A stretch of DNA of 64,000 nt from Caecitellus pseudoparvulus (Eukaryota > Protista > Bigyra: Bicosoecida): positions 33,480 through 97,479 of the forward strand of contig CBFFRQ010000084.1 of NCBI GenBank assembly GCA_965644315.1, written 5' to 3'. Numbering within the stretch: position 1 is the first letter of the stretch; every line of letters begins with the position of its first letter. Below are positions 1 to 10,075 of the stretch, in pieces. The translations under genes and the position numbers were made by a program. The notes below the pieces were generated by a model. That model did no database searches, had not been told where the DNA came from, and saw only the letters and a program-made list of their open reading frames with translations.

Positions 1-752
1 CGCCGCTTTGTCTGTGCCCTGGTGCTGTTCATCGTGGGGCTGGTGAGCACAGCATGCGTGACGCAGGGCGGGCACTGCTCCGCTCCCTGAGCCAGGCACC
101 TCCACGAGTCAACCCTCCCGCGGCACCTGCGCAGATCTTCTGCATCATTGGACTGGTCAAGGTTGAACTTGCATTCGGCATCGTCGGCATCATCGCTGTG
201 CTGCCAGGTACGCCAGGGGCGGAGTGAGCTGGCTGCCACGTTGCGCAAACGCAAGCGAAACGCCACACTCCCGCAGGAAGCTACCAGCTCTTCATCATCC
301 TGCAGACGGCCCGAGGCATCCGGGGCTACCGAGTGGAGGAAGTGTACGAACAAGTCGTCACAGAGGAGCGAGTGCCAGGTGGGGAGGACGTCGTGTACCA
401 CGACAAGCGCCCGAGCTTCATGGAGGATGACTTGGAGGCTGCCAGGTCAACGTCGGGCGGCGGCGGCGCTGGCCAGGCCGCCGCCGCCGCCGCCCAGCGG
501 CAGGGCGTGGCAGGGTGGGGCACGGCCCTGCCTGCTGGCTCCCGTGTCACCCGAGACACGACCCCAGGTCGCACAGAAGCCGCCCTCGCTGCCGCTGACG
601 CCCAGGGCATCGACCTGCAGCTGCAGGACTTCGGCGGCAGCACAGGCCAGCGCACCCCCCCTCGTGTGAGCTCGAGGGGGGCCCTCGCGACCCTCCCCCC
701 CGACGACGCAGACGACTTGGCCCTCGTCGACGACGACGCTTCCGTCGTCTGA
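1..752 (+). CDS. TMEM230/TMEM134 (DUF872)-like membrane protein, 5' part outside window; 2 introns (~43-134, ~208-277)
   Basis: Manual splicing at GT..AG gives RRFVCALVLFIVGL|IFCIIGLVKVELAFGIVGIIAVLP|GSYQLFIILQTARGIRGY: two hydrophobic segments followed by the PGxY...RGxxGY signature. Joins ORF 333..752. Confidence 0.65.
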
Positions 753-810
753 GCGGCGCACGGCACCTCGCACACTCTGCTGAGAAATCGCTACGGCCAC
801 GTGTAGTGCC

Positions 811-3585
811 TCAGGCATCGCCACGCCACACACGCAGCAGGTGCTGGCGCCGGGCCTGCTCCTGTGCGCCCAGCACCTGCTGCAACTGCTCCTCCAGCGT
901 CCCACGAGCCACCAACAGCTCCTCCAAATGCAGCCGCACGTGCTCGTGGTGTCTGCGCGCCTTGGTGGCAGCCGCTGTCGCCACTTTTGCAGCGGCGGCG
1001 GCACCAGCCACAGCGGCGCTCATGTTCGCGACAGCGCGCTTGCCAGCCGCCACGTCCACGGCCCCGCCCTCTGAACCCTGCATCGTGCGCGCCTGCAGCT
1101 CTCGCACGAGGCTGTCACGCTTCACGACGGCGGCGGCAGCGGCGGCGTCGGCTGTGCTGCGGTCGGTAAGTGCGACCTCCTCTCGCCGCCGCGCCAGTTG
1201 CAGCTCGTGCTTCAGGGACTCGAGTTTTGTCATGATGGCATGTGCGTCGTCCATGCCTTCCTGCACCTGTGCTGCCAGCCACTGGGCCACGCTCTCCAGC
1301 TGCTCCTGGCTCAAGCACGGCTGCTCCAGTGACGCTGCAGAGACGGGTGCACTCTGCCGGGGGGCGGCCACGCACCAGCCACCAGGCGTGTCAGAGGTCG
1401 TCCTCAGCACACCATGCCCCCATTGAGCTACGGCGTGCAGAGGGGCCATGCCTGCTCCCACTTGGAGGGGTGGAAAGGGGGGCACTAGCGGATGCATGCT
1501 CGCCGCGAATTCCGCATCCATCACCACCTGTCGCGGCAACGGCGCAGTGATCACGGAGGGGCCCCCACCTGGTACCAGTGCAGAAAACCCAGCTGGGTGT
1601 GCCTGTTCCTGGGGCTGCCTGGGCTGTGGGGGGGTTTCCGCGGCCCACAGCTGGCTGCCCCACCCCGGCACCCACCCCTGCGCTGCTGACGCGGCAGCAG
1701 TCAGCGTTGACCCCACGACAGCCAACGAGTCACCCACGTAGGGCACATCCCACAAGTAACCCCCGATGGACTGAGCCAGGTTCGTCGCCGGGAGCAGGAC
1801 AGCGGACGTGTCCACGCCAAGGGGCGTGTCCAGCAAACTCCACGAGCTGGCGGGCCGACTCATGCGGCGCGGAGTGACTCCGCCACTTGTGGGCGTTGCT
1901 GCGGAAACTGGCGTGTCAATTTGTGCTGGCTGGTCTCTGCCTTGGCCTGCAGCCTGCAGCACCGTGTCCGGCAGCTCCCCTGGCGCTCGGGACAGACGTG
2001 GCACTTGGAACAGCACTGACGCGCGTCTGGCCGGGGTGGCGGGCCCAGAACCGCCGCTGGGCGAGTCATCCGACACGCCAGGTGGCCCAACTGGCTCAAG
2101 GGCTTCACCCTGTGGCACTTGCTGTAGGACCAGGTGTGTCTGCAGCGCCAGCAGCGCGCACTCCTCCTCCCACCCCTGCAGGTCGGCCTGCGACACGAGC
2201 TGGTCGCGCAGGGTCGCTGCGAAGCCCTGCGCGTCAAACAGCGGCGCAAAGGCGACCAAATCCTCCTCCCCCGACAATTCTTGCGCAGCTGCGAGGGTGG
2301 GGTACCCCACCACCGCCCGCCACCGCCGCATCCACGTGGACACGATCATCCCCGCCTCCCAGCCTGTGGGTGAATCGCCACCCCCCTCTTCGCCCTCGCT
2401 GGAGGCCCCAGGAGCTGGTCGCGACGGCTCCCAAGGGCACGTGCTGGACACGCTGAGTATGCCCGCAGAAAGGAGTCCGCGCCAACCGAGCAGGAACACC
2501 GCGTCCAGTGTTCGCAGCAGACTGGGCAGCGGCAGGGACGACGCCAGACAGGGAATGAGCGTGCCTGCAGCCAGCACCTCTGGGCGCATGGCGGTGGCAT
2601 CAGGGTCGAACAGCCAGGCGTGGGCCTCCGGGGCGCGCGCTTGCAGCGCCAACGCGAACACTTGGCCCAGCTCCAGAACACGTGACATGTGCCCGCTCCA
2701 CACCTGCGCAAAGCCCAAGTTAGCTGCCAGGTGGGCCAGCAGCTGAACAGCCGTGTAGACATGCTCAGCGCTGCACCACACCCGTGCAGGCGTGTGTCCC
2801 TGTCCAGTGGACAGCACGGTGTCCGGTGTGGGGTACCCTGCCGCCGCTGCCAGCAACGCAGCAGCGATGAAGTTCATGCCCTGGCAATACTGCACGCTGG
2901 CCTCTGCCACGTGGCGTGCAAAGGCATACAGAGTGAGGTACAGGCCCTCCACGCCAGTCAGACGCCCCTCCTGGTATGGTGCTGCCAGCCCCTCCTCTGA
3001 GCTGTCCGTGCCATCTTCCGCAGCGCCGCTGCCGTCCTCACGGAATACTGCTGCGATGGCAAACAAATCTGCCTGCGGCATGGTGCGACGCACATCCCGG
3101 TAGATGTGCCCCTCCAGCTCTGGAGAGTGGCTCAGACGCGACGAATACAGCGGTGGAAACTTGGAAGTGCGCCCTTTTGGACTCGCCTCCCCCCCTGCAG
3201 CAGACTCTGCGCCAGGGCTGCAGACATGTCCACGAAACGCCGCTGAAACGTCGCCTGCCTCCCGTGCCGCAAAGTACCCCTCGACGCAGCTCTTAGCCGC
3301 TGCAAGTCGGTCCTCGTGGCATGAAAGCGCGCCTGCACACATGTTCAGCCACCAGGTAGCTCGTTTGCGCGGACTGGGACCCACTAGCAGTGCACTCTCC
3401 ACCAACGCAGATCGACGGCTGGCTGCCGGCGCACTCTGCACTTGCACAGGCGGACAGGCCAGCGCTGCGGCTGAGAAGTCCTCTGCGGGCAGCCACGGCA
3501 CAAGGAGTGGCAGACAAGCTTCCAAGCCGTGCGTGCTGGGCGGGGGCAGGGGCGGCTCCCCCGCACTGCCTGCAGCGCTAGCCAT
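811..3585 (-). CDS. TBC-domain Rab GTPase-activating protein with C-terminal coiled coil
   Basis: 924-aa ORF with the IxxDxxRT (IYRDVRRT) and YxQGM (YCQGMNFIAA) catalytic finger motifs. Confidence 0.85.
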   Translation of the reverse strand: MASAAGSAGEPPLPPPSTHGLEACLPLLVPWLPAEDFSAAALACPPVQVQSAPAASRRSALVESALLVGPSPRKRATWWLNMCAGALSCHEDRLAAAKSCVEGYFAAREAGDVSAAFRGHVCSPGAESAAGGEASPKGRTSKFPPLYSSRLSHSPELEGHIYRDVRRTMPQADLFAIAAVFREDGSGAAEDGTDSSEEGLAAPYQEGRLTGVEGLYLTLYAFARHVAEASVQYCQGMNFIAAALLAAAAGYPTPDTVLSTGQGHTPARVWCSAEHVYTAVQLLAHLAANLGFAQVWSGHMSRVLELGQVFALALQARAPEAHAWLFDPDATAMRPEVLAAGTLIPCLASSLPLPSLLRTLDAVFLLGWRGLLSAGILSVSSTCPWEPSRPAPGASSEGEEGGGDSPTGWEAGMIVSTWMRRWRAVVGYPTLAAAQELSGEEDLVAFAPLFDAQGFAATLRDQLVSQADLQGWEEECALLALQTHLVLQQVPQGEALEPVGPPGVSDDSPSGGSGPATPARRASVLFQVPRLSRAPGELPDTVLQAAGQGRDQPAQIDTPVSAATPTSGGVTPRRMSRPASSWSLLDTPLGVDTSAVLLPATNLAQSIGGYLWDVPYVGDSLAVVGSTLTAAASAAQGWVPGWGSQLWAAETPPQPRQPQEQAHPAGFSALVPGGGPSVITAPLPRQVVMDAEFAASMHPLVPPFPPLQVGAGMAPLHAVAQWGHGVLRTTSDTPGGWCVAAPRQSAPVSAASLEQPCLSQEQLESVAQWLAAQVQEGMDDAHAIMTKLESLKHELQLARRREEVALTDRSTADAAAAAAVVKRDSLVRELQARTMQGSEGGAVDVAAGKRAVANMSAAVAGAAAAAKVATAAATKARRHHEHVRLHLEELLVARGTLEEQLQQVLGAQEQARRQHLLRVWRGDA

Positions 3586-4026
3586 GGCGTGTCGCCAGCC
3601 CGCTTGGTTGACTCGCGCAATACCGTGAGGTCTGGGGCCGAGTCACTGAGCAGCAATGCTAGCAAGCACGTGCTTGGTTTCTTGGCATTCTGCTGTGCTG
3701 CCTTTCTGCCGGTGAAGTGCAGACGTAGTGAAATCTGAGCTAGATCCCAGAGCAACAAAAGCTGTAGTTCTGTAGAAACGTTCTACCAGCGGAGACGACA
3801 TTGTGGCAGATAACTCGGCCATTCAGCACCACGCACATTTTACACCCCACGTCGGACCCCCTCGCCAGCCCCTGCTCCCCCACCAGTCCCTACCACCGCA
3901 GACATCCGCCTTCGTAGTTCAGGGCGAGTCTCCACCTGAAGCTGACGTAGCCCCCTGTGCTGCACCAGCTGGGTTCCGGACCAGGCGTCGGAAGCACAAG
4001 GGGTCCAGGTGGCAGAGACGACAGCC

Positions 4027-4699
4027 ATGATTTTCTCGACCATTGCCGATGCTGTGCTGTTCGCACTGGCCATCTTCTGCTTCGTCATGTGCTTCTTCTC
4101 CCGAGTGTATTTGGTGCGGCCAGGCCGCCACACACCAGCTGCCTCCTGCGCTCCATGGCGATGCCCTCTCCCCCACAGTACACTCAATTTGAGGACTGTC
4201 TGAAGGACTATGTCAATGAAGGGTCTTTCCTCAGGGAGGTCAAGTTCATCATCTGTAAGGAGCTTGTACAGCTTGCAACGTTTCGGCCGCGTTTCGGTCC
4301 TCCACTCCGGCAAACCCTCGCCCCCCCATCACAGTGTTCGAGCATGGGTGCGCTCTGGTTGGAACAGCACTGTGCCTGCTCTGTGGGCACTACCTGTCGG
4401 GTCTGTTTGGCGTCATCCTGTGCCTGGTACACCTGGATGAGTGGCGTCGCGGGAGGGCCACACTGGGCGTCATGACGCTGCGCAGCAAGAACCTGGCGAA
4501 AGAGACGCGCCTGTACATCTACGTCAAGATCGCTGCTTACTGTGTCCTCATGCTGTGGTTGTGTCTGTCTCTGTACTCCAGCCTGTGGCAGTTCCTGGAC
4601 GAGAATCCTTCCCACGTGCTGAACCTGTTTCGGTACTGGGTGCCGTTTGCACACCACGTGGAGATCATTAAAAACATCGCCGGGTACCGGCACCCATGA
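4027..4699 (+). CDS. Cornichon/Erv14-like ER cargo receptor (2 introns)
   Basis: Spliced product has an N-terminal TM segment, then EDCLKDYVN (cf. DLExDYIN), FEH, a TM segment with GH, and KETRLYIYVKIAAY (cf. KExxxKLxFY). Confidence 0.6.
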
Positions 4700-4855
4700 G
4701 GGTGCAGCAGGTGGGAACTGGCGCACTGCGCCCCTCTTTGCGTGGCTCATGTTGGGCATGTGCAGTGGCCCGCCGTGGTCACTTCCCAACATCCGCACTC
4801 TGCGCCACGCCAACGCACCGTCCGGTACTGCACGGTATGCACGACGGCATGCACC

Positions 4856-7060
4856 ATGTCGGGCTTGGCCCCCAATGCATCTGTCTTGCTGGAGCTGTCA
4901 GAGAGCTCCGGCAGCCTCAGCGACGGCACACCCCACGCCAGTCCTGAGGCGGTGGATGCGCTGCTGGGAGCCAGCCACGGCACATGGGCCAGCGCCGGCT
5001 ACGTTTCGGAAGCGCCGAGTGTTTCGGCGCTAGAACTGCTCCAGAGCGGGACATCTGAGGGCGAATTTGTGCCTGGCCTGCAAACAGGTGTGGACCTGTC
5101 CGACAGTGTCGCGCAGCACTTGAGTTTCGGCGGTGTCAGCGATGGCTCCGGCACTGCACGCCGTAGCTTGGGCGGCCGTCGAGTGGCCGAGGATGAGGCG
5201 CATGACAGCGCCGGAAGCTCCAGGTCAGAGGAGGAAGAGGAGATACACGTTCCAGATTTGCGCACGACAGCACTGCTGGTGCCGTCCACGTCGCGCTCTG
5301 CCTCTGCACGCCGACCTGCGTCAACGGCAGTGCACAACGGCAGCCAGCCTCCCGCACGACAGCCGCTGCCGGCTTCCCTCGACGACTCCATCACCCAAGC
5401 CGCCCATGCCGCTGTCTCTGCGCTGGATGAGAGCTTGGATGGCATTGACCTTCCCATGCTGCGCACTGTGGCACTGTCCGTGCCGGGCCAAGTGTCCAGT
5501 GCAGTGCAGAAGCCTGCCGCTGCCAACGCTGCTGCCGCACAGAGCAGGTCAAGTCAAGGCATGCCAGAGCCTGCCCAGCAGCATGCACCAGCGGCGCTTG
5601 CAGCGCTGCACAGCCCCATTCAGGCAGCAGGTGATACGTCTGCGTTGAGCTCTGCCGACGTTTCAGCGGCGTGGGTGCAGCAGCCGGCACACGACCACCT
5701 CCTGCGGCCTCGCGTGCCAGCGCACACGCCCCTCACAAACCAGGCAGTGCAGGCATTCGCTAGCCCCTGGCAGGCGCCCTCTGCCGCCTCCGCTCCGGCG
5801 CAGCGGCAGGCTTCCCCTGCGCGTGGGGCTCGGCGTGTGAAACGCGCCAGCGGCAAGGCTGCCCCCCTGCCTCACCGCCGTCGAGTGCGTGGAGGCGCCC
5901 CACACCCGGGCGAAAGGCCTGCTGAGGGGAAGAAGTCTAAAGCAAGAGCCTTCCGTCGGAAAAAGACGAAACGCACCAGGAGGCCTGTCAGCCGCGCAGC
6001 TCCGGCGGAAGACGTGGGGCAAGTGAGTGACTCCGGCAGCAGGGGCACGGCACCCCTGCGTCACGCTGGTGCGTTTGCGGAGAAGGTGCTGCAGACCGCT
6101 GCAGCTGGCACGCCCTCCCGTGCATCTGTGCAAAGCCACTCGTCACGCGCCACAAGCCAGCGTCGCAGGCGGGTGGCAGGGGGCCAGAAACCGCACACGA
6201 AACGCCGACGGCGCAAAAAGCAACACCGCCGGCCCAGCACAGGAGCACCACCGCACGACAACGCACAGCCACCGTTCATGCAGTCTGGTCGGCCGCCCAT
6301 CCCCGCTGTTGCCACTTTCCCCGCCCACCTGCCCCCCCCTGTGCCGCAGTACGACAGTGACGCGTCAGGGGGCGGGCCGTCGGGTGCGGCATTTGACGCG
6401 ACGCTGGAGAGCATGGATGCCTGGCTGGCGGCAGCCACAGGGGACGCCTCGTTCATGACGGCATCTTCAGTGCGCCAGGGCACCCCACACAGCCTGTATG
6501 CACCCGGTATCTTCCCATCCGCCGCGCCGCCCATCCCCGTCGCATATGCGAGCCCCACGCGAGCCCTGGACGAGTCAGCACACTTCCAGCCATCAGACGC
6601 CGCCTCGCCACTGCCCAGATCACGCCAAGCAGCCCAGAACACATCATCCATCCTGCAAACCTCTCAACATGCCGCTCCATCGGCATACCCACCAGTGGCA
6701 GTGCCTGCAACAGCTCCGCTGGCTGGCGTTCCGCCACCCCCCCCGCAGCCCACACGCCGGCGCGTCAGTGCAGCTGAAGGCAGGCGCCGTGCTGCAGAGC
6801 GAGTGCGCGCATCTCGCAAGAGTCAGCCCCGTCGCAGCGACCCCGTCGCGCGCCACCGGCAACTGCAAGCGCAGTGGGCGAGTCAGACCTTCGGCAGTGA
6901 CGCCAACCGCCGCCGTGCTGCGCTGCAGGCGAAACGCACAGTGCAGGCGAAAGGCCGCCCGACACACAGCAGGCGGGTGGATCAGGATGCCACAGCACAC
7001 CTGCACCCCAGCGGCGACGTGCCCCAGGGTGGTCGAGGCCTCATGGCGCCATGGGTGTAG
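4856..7060 (+). CDS. Low-complexity Ser/Pro/Ala/Arg-rich hypothetical protein; possible HYLS1-like C-terminal motif
   Basis: Long ORF (track 4742..7060), with a plausible ATG at 4856. RRSDPVARHRQLQAQW resembles the HYLS1 C-terminal DxVARY..Y...W box (weak). Confidence 0.5.
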   Translation: MSGLAPNASVLLELSESSGSLSDGTPHASPEAVDALLGASHGTWASAGYVSEAPSVSALELLQSGTSEGEFVPGLQTGVDLSDSVAQHLSFGGVSDGSGTARRSLGGRRVAEDEAHDSAGSSRSEEEEEIHVPDLRTTALLVPSTSRSASARRPASTAVHNGSQPPARQPLPASLDDSITQAAHAAVSALDESLDGIDLPMLRTVALSVPGQVSSAVQKPAAANAAAAQSRSSQGMPEPAQQHAPAALAALHSPIQAAGDTSALSSADVSAAWVQQPAHDHLLRPRVPAHTPLTNQAVQAFASPWQAPSAASAPAQRQASPARGARRVKRASGKAAPLPHRRRVRGGAPHPGERPAEGKKSKARAFRRKKTKRTRRPVSRAAPAEDVGQVSDSGSRGTAPLRHAGAFAEKVLQTAAAGTPSRASVQSHSSRATSQRRRRVAGGQKPHTKRRRRKKQHRRPSTGAPPHDNAQPPFMQSGRPPIPAVATFPAHLPPPVPQYDSDASGGGPSGAAFDATLESMDAWLAAATGDASFMTASSVRQGTPHSLYAPGIFPSAAPPIPVAYASPTRALDESAHFQPSDAASPLPRSRQAAQNTSSILQTSQHAAPSAYPPVAVPATAPLAGVPPPPPQPTRRRVSAAEGRRRAAERVRASRKSQPRRSDPVARHRQLQAQWASQTFGSDANRRRAALQAKRTVQAKGRPTHSRRVDQDATAHLHPSGDVPQGGRGLMAPWV

Positions 7061-7110
7061 GCGTTTCTTTGGGAGCAGCTTGCTGCGGTGTGGTGTGCGC
7101 AGGGCGTGCA

Positions 7111-9935
7111 TTAGTCTGACAATTCAATGGCGCTCCCTGCGTCCTGCATCATGGGGTCACCCCACGCGTCGCTGTCCTCGCCGCTCGAACCGCTGCCGTC
7201 GTCACTGGCACTCCGCGCTGCCTGGGCTTCCAGCAGGCGCTGCACTGCACCACCCACCGGCCCAGCCTTGGGACGCGGCAGGGTCTCCACCAAGTACTCC
7301 TCCCACCCTTGCCGCGTCCCGTCGCGCTCAGTACCTTGTGCGAAGAAGGCCAGGGCCATGCGCAGGCGCAGGTACGTGATGTGTTCTTGGGAGAACTGCC
7401 GCGGCAGAAACGCCTCCTCGCCCTGTGCCAGCGAGGCTGCGATGAGCGTTGCAAACACACCACAGTCATACCCGTTCTCTTGCTGGGGCACAGCACTGAT
7501 GGGCGCCGCAGTGACGGTCCATGTGCTGGTGTCCACTGCACCTGTGTCGCCCAGTTGCCGAGCCGTTTCATCCGCCACCCATCGCTGCAACGCGCGCATT
7601 TCGCCGACATGAGCCCCCCGCAGCCCGCCACTGGACATGCTGTCAAAATGCAAGACACAGGCAGCGTCCAGGTCCACCAGGGCTGCGGTCCAGTGCATGT
7701 TGGCAGTGTTGATGGGCACGACTATTCGCCGCACATCGTGCATGCTCACACTGCCCTTGCGGGGCTTCCCTGACCCCGGCCGGGTCTTGTACATCCACTT
7801 GGCCACACGGGAATGGTCGTACACGCCGTTTTCCCACAGCATGGACAGGAAATTCATGTTGGGCACCCATGTGCCGGGGGCGGCCGCCTGCCCCGCCTCC
7901 TTGAAATGCGCCAGACGACTGTTCACAAGTTCATCGTTCAGCCACTGCCCCGGACGCAGCCGGGCCAGGTCAGCCACAGTCACAGGCAAGTTACCGCACC
8001 GCGACAGGCCTGCAGTGGGGGGGAGGGCGGGGTGCCACATGCCGGCCAGCACGGCGGCATCCCGCCAAGCCAGCGGAAACGCCTCCAAACCACTGGGTCC
8101 ACTGGGATCCCCGCCCAGCACGGGCGGGGGCACCAGCTCCTCGTCTGCGTTCCGGAACAGGCGAAGCAGCCACCCCCATGCTGCGTTGCGCTGTGACTGG
8201 GAGGGCGGCGTGGAGTCACCCCAGGTTGCACAGTGACTGTGCAGTGGGGGCGGCGTCGAAACGCACGACACCGCTTCTGCCCACACACCCAGAGGCACTG
8301 CACCCGGAACACACAGAACACCCCCTTCACCATCTTCGTACCGTCCTGGGCCCACGCTGCTGCCCACAGCCCCCACAGCCTCCAGCACAGCGGTGCTGCG
8401 GTGTGACCCCCCCTGCACACCCTTTGCGAGGGCCCCTAGGACTCTGTCCAGGGGGGGTAGTCGCGGCAGCTGTGGCTGTGTCAAGAGCTCCAGGAACTCC
8501 ACACACGCGGTCGCAGGCTGGGAGCTGCGACATGCCGCTGCAGCGTGGGCGGCGAGCGGCCACAGGCGGCCCACCCAGCACCCGGGCTTGTCAGGCGCCG
8601 AGGCGTCTGGTGCGTTCATGAGACGGGGAATGTCCTGAACGTGTACGCCCAGCAGCACAGCCCACGCCGCTTGGGGTGTGAGGGGGGGGCTCGCAGGCGA
8701 CACACGCACACCCACACTGTCAACGTACGCCGCAGCCTCGCTAGAGAGGGAGAGGGGGGTGGCACCCCCCCCCGCACCTGCCAACGCAGGGGGGGGTGCG
8801 AGGGGTGTCGAGGGGGGGTTCGAAACCTCGGCACTGTGGAGGGAGGCGGAGGGGGGGCTCTGGCTGCGCAGGCCCCCCCCCCCTCCTCCTCCTCATCCGG
8901 CACAGTCACCACGCTGCCGGCACCCCCTCCTGTGCCCGCGGCGCCAGCTGACGCCAGCGCCGTATTACGCAGCACCTCCCCCTCCCACACCTCCCGCTTC
9001 TGCTGCTGGATGTGGTGGTGTAGTGCGCCCCGCTCTGCCGCCCCCCTCCCCCCCCCCACGAGAGACGCACTCAACAGCTCACGCACATACCTGGACAGGT
9101 TGGCGTGACTGCCATCCCACCTGACACCCGTACCCCCCCCTGTCCCCCCCTGGGCCCCTGCTGAGTGCGGTACGGATACCGGCACCGCATGTGGCGCTGC
9201 TTGAGGCGCAGGCCCCCCAGCAGAGAGAAGGGGGGCGCCTGCACCCCCTGGAACCACCTGAGACACAGTCTGTGGTGTAGGTGCGGCCTTGGCGGCCTCC
9301 CGTTTGCGGCGCTGGGCGGCCTTGCGGGCCATGGCTACCAACATGCCTGGACTGCCAACAGGTCGCTTCGCGCCGCTTTGGCGATTGAGCATGCCACGCC
9401 CACGGCGCAGCCTGACCTGTGGAAACGGCTGCCGAATACGAGGCGGACCTCTCGAGTGCGTTACCGGCAGGGGAAGATCGTGGGCGACCTGCTGGGCTGG
9501 GAAAGCGGGCTGAGGCGCCGGCGGGTGGACTTCAATTTCCGCACCAAACCCCGCGCCCGCAACACTATCTTCCCCCGCCCCACGATCGAACCTGCCCGTG
9601 CCACGCAAAGATCCAGCCCTCCAGGACTGCGCAACAATGCTGGCGCCTGTCGTCGCCAAGCTGGGCTTGCTCTGCAGATGGATCGGGTGGCCAAGCGTTT
9701 GAGGCGTCAAGCCGTGTAGCGTGGCTTTTGTAGCGCCGCTCACGGGGTGCAAGCCAGCCTGCCCAGCCACGTCCGCGTCGCCCCCTGCCCCCCCCTGCAT
9801 GATTCTGGGCCGCTTCACCACCCCGCTCGGCGCCACTGCCGTGTCGGCCGTCTGTTGGGCACCTTGCCTGGCTCGCTTGCGGTGGCCAGGCGAGCAGCCC
9901 AACGCAGCCAGCCAGCTGGACAGCTGCAGAGCCAT
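7111..9935 (-). CDS. Ulp1/SENP SUMO protease (peptidase C48); apparent frameshift at the C11 run 8873-8883
   Basis: Motifs WLNDELVN, PINTANMHW, FDSM and QQENGYDCGVF give the His/Asp/Cys triad. The N-terminal low-complexity ORF (ATG 9935) joins the catalytic ORF if the homopolymer carries one extra base. Confidence 0.8.
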
Positions 9936-10075
9936 GTCAGGCGGGAGCTTGCAAAGCCCTCCGGTATGCAGTGCCAAGCAGCAGGGGCGCACTGGCCAGC
10001 ACCGCCCAGTTGTGTGCGTGGTGCATTGTGGCGCGGTGCGGAAACTGCGTGGCTCCCTGCGTTGGGTGAGCGCCC

